The position numbers were made by a program, and so were the translations under genes. Below the pieces are notes generated by a model, which ran no database searches, was not told the origin of the DNA, and saw only the letters and a list, made by a program, of their open reading frames with translations. This document shows positions 55,166 through 64,000 of a DNA stretch of 64,000 nucleotides, piece by piece. The DNA comes from Kudoa neothunni (lineage: Eukaryota > Animalia > Cnidaria): assembly GCA_964304625.1 (NCBI GenBank), contig OZ199840.1, positions 9,901,048 to 9,965,047 of the forward strand. The letters run 5' to 3'. Position 1 is the stretch's first letter. The number at the start of each line of letters is the position of its first letter.

Positions 55166-57671
55166 ATTGCGATGGATCCGTTGGATCCCCATGAGCGGAC
55201 TGGTTACTGCAGCAGATGCGAATATCTTCTAAACTAACGTTTACATCAAAATCTTCATTTCATAAATACGAATAACAATAATTAAATAATATTATTAAAT
55301 AGGTTTTGGTCAATTTTTTTAATTCCTATCAATTCATTGAACAATATGATTTTAAACCATCATGTTTTGCTCGTATCATGAAATACAAATGAAATCCTGA
55401 ATGCAATAATATTATTAACAGATTAAATTTACTCTATTGGTAAATCAATTGATATAAAAAATATTCCCTAATCAGTTAGTATCATTGTTTCGTAAAGACA
55501 CGAATATGTACTATTTGAATTAATTGTTATTTAATAATATATGCTTGGTGTTGTTATCTTTTCGATATTTTTGGTGACTGTGTCACTTGGTAATAACAAC
55601 AAATTTATATAGATATGATTATGTTCGTGTAGAACGAGCGTTGGATTCTTATGCCATGGACCAGGGTGCACCTCCCTCCTGGATGACCACCGAGCAACGA
55701 GCTGCAGCCGTAGTTGATAGATGGTATGTCGATACTCAAACGGCAAAATGCAAACCGTTTAAATATTTGGGGTCCCTAGGAAATTTTAACAATTTTGTAT
55801 CAAAAGCTGTTTGTGAAAACCATCGTAAAGCATATGTTCCTAGAAGATTTTAATATTAACATTAGTTAAATTTACACCGGAAGAAAAATCAAAGGCCTGT
55901 GCATTACCTGCAGCACCAGGTTCCTGCCACTTACCAGAAGAGAAAAAATTAGTTAGATGGTATTATTCAAAAACTGCAGTTGAAAATGGCGATAAACATT
56001 CTTGTTATCAGTTCAAATACACCGGATGTGGTGGAAATGCTAATAATTTTGAGACTAAAACTGAATGTGAAAACGCCTGTCGAAGTGATTCGATTAAAAT
56101 TCTTGAATAATACGAATTTAATAATAAATTTTTTAGATAAAAAGAATGGAGTTGTTGTAGATGATACTGTGGAAGATACACTGACTAAGACACCCAATGA
56201 GTTTGACTGTCTTTATGCAGCAGAAGTAGATAGTGATACCCCAAAAATGGGTATAGTTCTTCATAAGGATAAAAAGAAATGTGTATATGCAGCTGTTGGT
56301 GGAGAGGCTAAAAGAGGTTTTTTTGATGATTTACCAACCTGCGTTGATACATGCATAAGTATTTATTTTGTGACAATTGACGCCATAATCAAATATAGCT
56401 GACTATGTTGCTGCCTGCAAACAAACGGTTCCATTCCAAATTACACCTGAAAGTGAACTTACTGATGAAACCAACTTACGAGAATATTATTATTTTAACG
56501 AATCGAGAAAAGCTTGCCTGCCATTTATATCTAAAATTCCTGATCAAACTTTCAAACTTGACGATGGCGAAAATAATATATTTAGCTCGGTGGAATTGTG
56601 TGCAAGTTTTTGTCCTGCAAGTATTCGATCAACTAAATAAGGAATATTTAATTTATTATACTATTAAATAAAATAGCTGCTCATATTGGGGAACTTAAAG
56701 CTGTTGATGTGTGCAATCAACCAAAGGTTGGCGAGGCTAGTAATGACGATATGTACCGGTTAGAGCGGTATTATTATGAAAAGTCCGAGGGAGAAAATGG
56801 GATGTGCAAGCAATTTACATTTAATGGGAAAGAAATGAACTTGAATAACTTTAAAGGAAAAACAGCTTGCGATGCGATTTGCACAACACCATTAACACCC
56901 GTTACTGCTGTCTCAGGTCAAACTGAAGTTCAACTACCGCCTGGGGGCATCGAGATAACTTCAAATCTTCAAACTGTTAAAATACAACAAACTGATGATT
57001 TAGGAGTTTTTCTAGAGCTACGACGTGAAGAAGATGCAACTCCAAAACGAAGGCCGGGAAACTGCTTCCTTTTTCTATTTAATACATGCTGGTGAAACAT
57101 TTTTAATTAAAAAATATAATTAATTTGTTGTATAGGTTTGAAAGAACAAAAAAAGTAGCCACATAAAAGACGAATTAGCTCATGAAAAATGATATATATT
57201 TTTCCTTAGTTTATTAAGTCTAGTTCTTGATAATTGATCTTTATATCTATTTTGATGAAATACCGTAAAGTCATGATATAACGCTCTAAATCGGGATTTG
57301 AGTTTATACGGCCCAATAAGTAACCGTTACCAAATATCGAATTATGGCGTCTGTGTTAAAATAATAAACATTTGTATTATTTAATTAAAAATGTGAAATA
57401 CATCGATATAATAGTATAACACTTTTCTCCTTTGTTTTGCGAACTTTTGATCCAGTTTATTAGAATATCAAAAAAGATTGTGGACGATACGTACCCTTTT
57501 TGATCGTGGTATTTAACAAGAAGATCATTAATTCCTTTAAAAAATTGAGTTTATTAATTAAAGAATGATGTTAAATGGAAACTTTATTCCGGTAAATAAA
57601 ACAGTCACTAATGCGGTGATACGTTTTTTTGATTGTTTCAATCCTTTTTAATTTTATTTATTGTTTGTTAC
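55121..57671 (+). repeat. Tandem segmental duplication, unit 1 (unit 2 runs from 61526 to beyond the window end)
   Basis: Near-identical sequence starts GTTTTTT(T)AAATATTTTCCTCGACCC at both 55121 and 61526 and continues through the Kunitz gene and its 3' flank. Confidence 0.95.
55541..57166 (+). CDS. Secreted five-domain Kunitz/BPTI-type protein, copy 1 (7 exons)
   Basis: Exons 55541-55589, 55633-55824, 55866-56084, 56137-56358, 56399-56620, 56677-57091 and 57136-57166. Signal peptide MLGVVIFSIFLVTVSL. Canonical domain CALPAAPGSCH..RWYY..CYQFKYTGCGGNANNFETKTECENAC plus four Cys-deficient Kunitz domains. Confidence 0.9.
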
Positions 57672-57764
57672 TGTTACCACGTGTTTATCGTAGCTCATGC
57701 GCGGGCATAAGTTAGTTGTTTTAAAATAAGCGGTTCTATGGAGCGTGAGCGTGGCAGCGTCACA
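57672..57764 (+). repeat. 5' LTR (93 bp, TG...CA)
   Basis: Direct repeat of 61433-61525 with 5 mismatches. Confidence 0.95.
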
Positions 57765-60700
57765 TCTGGTGACAGGGGTGGCTTTAAAACCCACACGGAA
57801 CATTTAGGAAAGTTCAATGGAGTCAGCGATGATTGGATTAAATTCATCCGCAAGTTCAAACTTTTAGCACTAGCTGAAAACTGAAACGGACTTGATAAGG
57901 CGCGCCATCTACTGCTTTACTTGGGAGACAATGCACTGGATGTAATAGAAAGCAAAGATGCTAACATATTTCGTCCCACCAAAGACACTTTCATCCACTT
58001 GGTTGAAATTATGGAATCCAACTACAAGCCGCCATCATCGGCACTAAACTACCTGCAGGAATTCCACAACTTGACCTGGGATGGCATCCAACATTATGCT
58101 GATTTCTGTTATGGAGTCGAAAACGTGTTGCACAAAGCACTCCCAGCAATAGATGACGACACCGCTCGAACACTCGTGATCGACCAATGTATCAAAACAA
58201 TCCCAGAAAGCATCAAACGTATCGTGATTGCGATAAAACCGGAATCGGTTATCGATCTGATCAACACGGTTAAGGACCAGTTGACAGTGGCGACCGACGT
58301 TTCTGCTGCATCTTATAACAAAAAACGAAATTTCCCAAGAAAAGAACGCTGCGGAAAATGTGGATCAAAAAATCATACCGCAAAGGAATGCAGAGGAGAG
58401 GCATTTTGCACAAACTGCAAGCAGCGAGGACACTTATCCATAAAATGTCGTAAACCCATACCTAATAACATATTAACTGTCGACAACAACAAATTTTCGT
58501 CAGAAATGAACTACACTTGTTTTTCTTGCGCTGCGCGCTGCAAAATGTCGGACCAATTTACAGTCCCCATCTCAATCAACCACAATATCTATCGTGCTCT
58601 GATAGACACCGGCTCATCAACCTCAATTATAAAAACAAATCTTATTAGTACAAGTAATCCGCGAAAGGGATTGAGTCTACTATCAGCTGATGGCACACCT
58701 ATTTTGACAAACGGAATAGTACATGTCGATTTCATATTGGACGGAAAAAGTTATAGATGGTCTATGATATCGTCCCCTAAGCTCATCAACGAGTGCATAC
58801 TAGGGAGAGATTTCTTAGCTCGCTACAAGATAATCGTCGATTGCTACAACAAAACTCTCAAATACAATAACCAGCCTACACCTTCAACTAATGCTATTGT
58901 TACTAATAAATTTGTCAGGGTGGAGCCATATTTATTCAAATTCAAAGACGAACCGTTCCATATTCCAACGAGAAAGGTCCCTTTCACACAGATATCACTT
59001 CTAGAAGATAAAATTAATAAAATGCTCGCTGATGGGGTGATACGTCGTAGTAGTAATCCCTTTTCGTCACCAATTTTAATAGTCAAAAAGAAAAACGGCG
59101 ACCACAGAGTCTGCGTTGACTATCGCAAATTGAACATGCTGGTAGTAACAGAACATTACCCTATACCGCTACTAAATGATATCATTGTTACTCTGAAAGG
59201 TTCGAATATTTTCTCAAAAATAGACTTAAAGTCCGGTTTCTGGCAAATTCCACTCCATGAAAATTGCAAGAGCGCTACTGCTTTTTCCACTCCATTTGGG
59301 CAATTTGAATTTAATGTATTACCGTTCGGATTAGTGACCGCCCCATCCGCCTTCCAAAGAGCTATGGCATGTACGCTGAACGACCTTATCGGAAAATACT
59401 GTCATGTTTACCTAGTTGATATTCTGATCTATTCAAAAACACACGAGGAACACCAAAAGCATCTACGAGAAGTTCTTCAACGATTAAAAGAACACAACTG
59501 GATAATCAACAACGAAAAATGTGAATTTAGCGGATCTTCAATTAATTATCTTGGATTCATATTTTCGAACAACGTAGTTGAACCCGATCCAAACAAAATA
59601 TCATCGATACTTAATATACCCAACCCACAATCTCTAAAACAACTCCAAGGATTTATTGGTTTTGTCAACTACTATAGAGATTATATTCAAAACTTTGCAG
59701 AAATAACCAAGTCACTTTACGTAAACCTAAAATCGAAACCGTTCTCACTTTCGCATGAAGCGATAATCGCCATCAATTGTTTGAAAAAGAAACTGACGAC
59801 ATCTCCAATTTCGCAACTTCCAGATAGTAACAAAAATTTCATCATATCCACCGACGCTTCAGATGTCGCCATCGCAGCCATACTCTACCAGGACTTCAAC
59901 GGCAAAAGGCGCGTTATTCGATATGCAAGTAGAATACTAAAGAAAGCAGAGCTGAACTATTCAACTTTTGAAATAAAAATGCTAGCAGTGGTATTCGCAG
60001 TCAAACGATTCAATCAATATATTTATGGGAAACGTACGATAGTCTTCACGGACTACAACCCACTTGTTCATCTCCAACCAATCAAAGACTCACACGACAG
60101 AATAGCACGATGGATACTTATACTTCAAAACTATACTCTAGATATCCGCTACAGACGAGGGGCTGAAAACATCGACGCAGATTATCTTTCTAGAGCTCAT
60201 GACTCTTCAAATTCAGTAGCCGCCCGTTTCCTCAACCTCTCTGTAGATGACTGGATGAAAGCTCAAAACGAAGATACTTATTTTGGGGAAATAATAAAAT
60301 CCGTCAGGAATGGTACCTATAACGGTAAACGTCAATACGCTATTGAATAGGAACTCCTCATTCGGAAATTGGAAACCAAGACTGGAGAGATCAACCAACT
60401 CTGTGTACCTCTTAGATACAGGAAAGATGTCATAGAAAAGTTCCACGACGAGTCTGCACACCCTGGCTCATACAAATCTTTTACAAACTTACGCGACCAT
60501 GTATTCTGGCCAGGATATGAGCTAGAGACCAAAAAATATGTGCAGTCATGCCAAACTTGCCAGTTTCATCCGTGGTCCGCAGACAAAGCCAAATTGGTAC
60601 CACTAAAAGCCTAATCACCCTTCCAAATTATGGAGTGGGATATTGTAGGACCGCTAACGACAACACCAAATGGGAAAAAGTATATACTATGTTGCATGGA

Positions 60701-61432
60701 TATTTTCACAAGATATGCTATTGCTATACCACTATCAAATACAAAATCAGAAACCCTATGTGAGATACTCATAAACGAAGTATGCTGTAAGTATGGGAAA
60801 CCATTACAAATTCACAGCGACAATGGGAGAAATTTTCTCTCTGACATTATAGCCAAGGTTTGTAACTCACTGGGTATAAAACTGACACATACTACTCCAT
60901 ATCACCCACAAGGCAACGGAGCAGTGGAGCGATTTAATCGAACACTCAAAGCAATGATTTCAAAATTAAGCAACGTTGATACATGAGACAAAGCATTACA
61001 AACACTTGTCAATCACTACAACTCGCACGTATCCGATGCTACGGGTTTCTCACCTTTCCAACTAATGTTTGGCCGAAAATGCAATTTCTCTATCAGCCCG
61101 TTAGTAAACTCAACATCATTCCCGCCCACCAACTCATACCTTATTTCACCGAAAAATGGCTTAACACGCTGTTGGAACGCAGTAAGAAAAACGATCGAAA
61201 AAACAAACAAGAAGAAATCGAAAACATATAACAACAAATACATTCCTAATACGATTCACGATGGCACGAATATCCTAACAAGAAAGCCCGGAACCGACGT
61301 GTGGACAGGACCTCACCAAGTGATAAAAAGGCTTGGTCCGTCAACCTACAAAATAAAGATTAATGAAGATGAAATAGTTTCACACAGAAACAACTTAAAA
61401 ATATACCACACAACTTTTACCCCCGGGGGGAA

Positions 61433-61525
61433 TGTTACCGCGTGTTTACCGTAGCTCATGCGCGGGCATAAGTTAGTTGTTTTAAAATGAGCGGTTCTTT
61501 GGAGCGTGAGCGTGGCAGCGTTACA
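61433..61525 (+). repeat. 3' LTR (93 bp, TG...CA)
   Basis: Follows the polypurine tract and matches the 5' LTR. Confidence 0.95.
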
Positions 61526-61944
61526 GTTTTTTAAATATTTTCCTCGACCCTCGATTTTTTAAAGGCCTAATTGCGATGGATACGTTGGATCCCCATGAGC
61601 GGACTGGTTACTGCAGCAGATGCGAATATCTTCTAAACTAACGTTTACATCAAAATCTTCATTTCATAAATACGAATAACAATAATTAAATAATATTATT
61701 AAATAGGTTTTGGTCAATTTTTTTAATTCCTATCAATTCATTGAACAATATGATTTTAAACCATCATGTTTTGCTCGTATCATGAAATACAAATGAAATC
61801 CTGAATGCAATAATATTATTAACAGATTAAATTTACTCTATTGGTAAATCAATTGATATAAAAAATATTCCCTAATCAGTTAGTACCATTGTTTCGTAAA
61901 GAAACGAATATGTACTATTTGAATTAATTGTTATTTAATAATAT

Positions 61945-63637
61945 ATGCTTGGTGTTGTTATCTTTTCTATATTTTTGGTGACTGTGTCACTTGGTAATAA
62001 CAACAAATTTATATAGATATGATTATGTTCGTGTAGAACGAGCGTTGGATTCTTATGCCATGGACCAGGGTGCACCTCCCTCCTGGATGACCACCGAGCA
62101 ACGAGCTGCAGCCGTAGTTGATAGATGGTATGTCGATACTCAAACGGCGAAATGCAAACCGTTTAAATATTTGGGGTCCCTAGGAAATTTTAACAATTTT
62201 GTATCAAAAGCTGTTTGTGAAAACCATCGTAAAGCATATGTTCCTAGAAGATTTTAATATTAACATTAGTTAAATTTACACCGGAAGAAAAATCAAAGGC
62301 CTGTGCATTACCTGCAGCACCAGGTTCCTGCAATTTACCAGAAGAGAAAAAATTAGTTAGATGGTATTATTCAAAAACTGTAGTTGAAAATGGCGATAAA
62401 AATTCTTGTTATCAGTTCAAATACACCGGATGTGGTGGAAATGCTAATAATTTTGAGACTAAAACTGAATGTGAAAACGCCTGTCGAAGTGATTCGATTA
62501 AAATTCTTGAATAATACGAATTTAATAATAAATTTTTTAGATAAAAAGAATGGAGTTGTTGCAGATGATACTGTGGAAGATACACTGACTAAGACACCCA
62601 ATGAGTTTGACTGTCTTTATGCAGCAGAAGTAGATAGTGATACCCCAAAAATGGGTATAGTTCTTCATAAGGACAAAAAGAAATGTGTATATGCAGCTGT
62701 TGGTGGAGAGGCTAAAAGAGGTTTTTTTGATGATTTACCAACCTGCGTTAATACATGCATAAGTATTCATTTTATGACAATTGACGCCATAATCAAATAT
62801 AGCTGACTATGTTGCTGCCTGCAAACAAACGGTTCCATTCCAAATTACACCTAAAATTAGACTTACTGATGAAACCAAAGTAAAAGAATATTATTATTTT
62901 AACGAATCGAGAAAAGCTTGCCTGCCATTTATATCTGAAATTCCTGATCAAACTTTCAAACTTGACGATGGCGAAAATAATATATTTAGCTCGGTGGAAT
63001 TGTGTGCAAGTTTTTGTCCTGCAAGTATTCGATCAACTAAATAAGGAATATTTAATTTATTATACTATTAAATAAAATAGCTGCTCATATTGGGGAACTT
63101 AAAGCTGTTGATGTGTGCAATCAACCAAAGGTTGGCGAGGCTAGTAATGACGATATGTACCAGTTAACTCGATTTTATTATGAAAAGTCCGAAGGAAACA
63201 CTGGGTCGTGCAAGCAATTTACATTTAATGGGAAAGAAATGAATCTGAATAACTTTAAAAAACAAGCAGCCTGCGATGCGATTTGCACAGTACCATTAAG
63301 ACCCGTTACTGCTGTCTCAGGTCCAACTGAAGTTCAACAACCGCCTGATAGCACCGATACAAGTTTAAACTCTCACACTGGTCCAAGTCAACAAACTGGT
63401 GCTTCAGGGGTACAACACGAAGAAAATACTGGAATTGATACAGAAACTAATGATGATTCGGCCGTAGTTCCTAATAAACCAATCGCGGAAGATGCAACTC
63501 CAAAAAAAAAACCGGAAAATTGCCTCATTTTTTTCTTTAATATATGCTGGTGAAACATTTTTTAATTAAAATATGTAATTTAGTGGTTATATAGGGTTGA
63601 AAGATCAAAAGAACGAACCGCACAAAAGACGGATTAG
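61945..63637 (+). CDS. Secreted five-domain Kunitz/BPTI-type protein, copy 2
   Basis: Same exon structure as copy 1, with a longer Ser/Thr/acidic linker. Ends WVERSKERTAQKTD*. Confidence 0.9.
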
Positions 63638-64000
63638 CTCATGAAAAATTATTTATATTTTTCCTTAATTTATTAAATCTAGTTCTTGATAATTGATCCT
63701 TGTATCTATATTGATGAAATACAGTAAAGTCTTGATATAGCGCTCTAAATCGGTATTGGAGTTTATACGTCCATATATCGAATTATGGCGTATGTGTTAA
63801 AATAATAAATATTTTATTTGTATTTTATAATTAAAAATGTGAAGGACATCGATCTAATAGTATAAACGCTTTTCTTCTTTGTTTCGCGATCTTTTGATCC
63901 AGATTATTAGAATATCAAAAAAGATTGTAGACGATACGTACCCTTTTTGATCATGATATTTAACAAGAAGATCATTAATTCCTTTAAAAAATTGAGTTTC

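Larger units (their letters stand above)
57672..61525 (+). mobile_element. Ty3/Gypsy LTR retrotransposon, full length but inactivated (3,854 bp)
   Basis: Single-frame gag (two CCHC knuckles), PR (ALIDTGS), RT (VCVDYRKLN, LPFGL, YLVD), RNase H (TDAS) and IN (HHCC, WDIVGP, SDNG, VERFN, GP-H). In-frame stops at ~57882, 60348, 60612 and 60984. PBS TGGTGACAGGGGTGG at 57767; PPT GGGGGGAA at 61425-61432. Confidence 0.97.

Noticed and set aside
55825-55865. Non-canonical GC-AG intron in the Kunitz gene
   Set aside because: A GT donor at 55825 gives the correct phase.

Overview
AT-rich eukaryotic genomic DNA, probably from an animal, with very short GT-AG introns (mostly ~35-70 nt), so the ORF track fragments most genes. 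A compact-genome parasite such as a myxozoan or dicyemid is plausible, but that is inference only. Conserved genes: 6-phosphogluconolactonase (-), GINS subunit Psf1 (-, only a fragment in the ORF track), RME-8/DNAJC13 (+) and a serpin (-). Candidate lineage-specific surface/secreted genes: (i) a ~2,000-aa type-I membrane protein built from three higher-order repeats of Cys-rich FN3-like modules, with apparent lesions; (ii) two paralogous small single-pass membrane genes sharing an MDYxCGxGxR motif; (iii) a tandem pair of five-domain Kunitz genes separated by a very compact Ty3/Gypsy LTR element. That element lacks a target-site duplication and its 3' end is exactly the duplication breakpoint. 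Differences between the Kunitz copies include the P1 residue and a cluster in an exposed loop. Mobile DNA is abundant: two intron-bearing Merlin/IS1595-like transposase relics, three non-autonomous Helitrons, hAT, pogo/Tigger and piggyBac-like elements. All gene models and difference counts were derived by eye.
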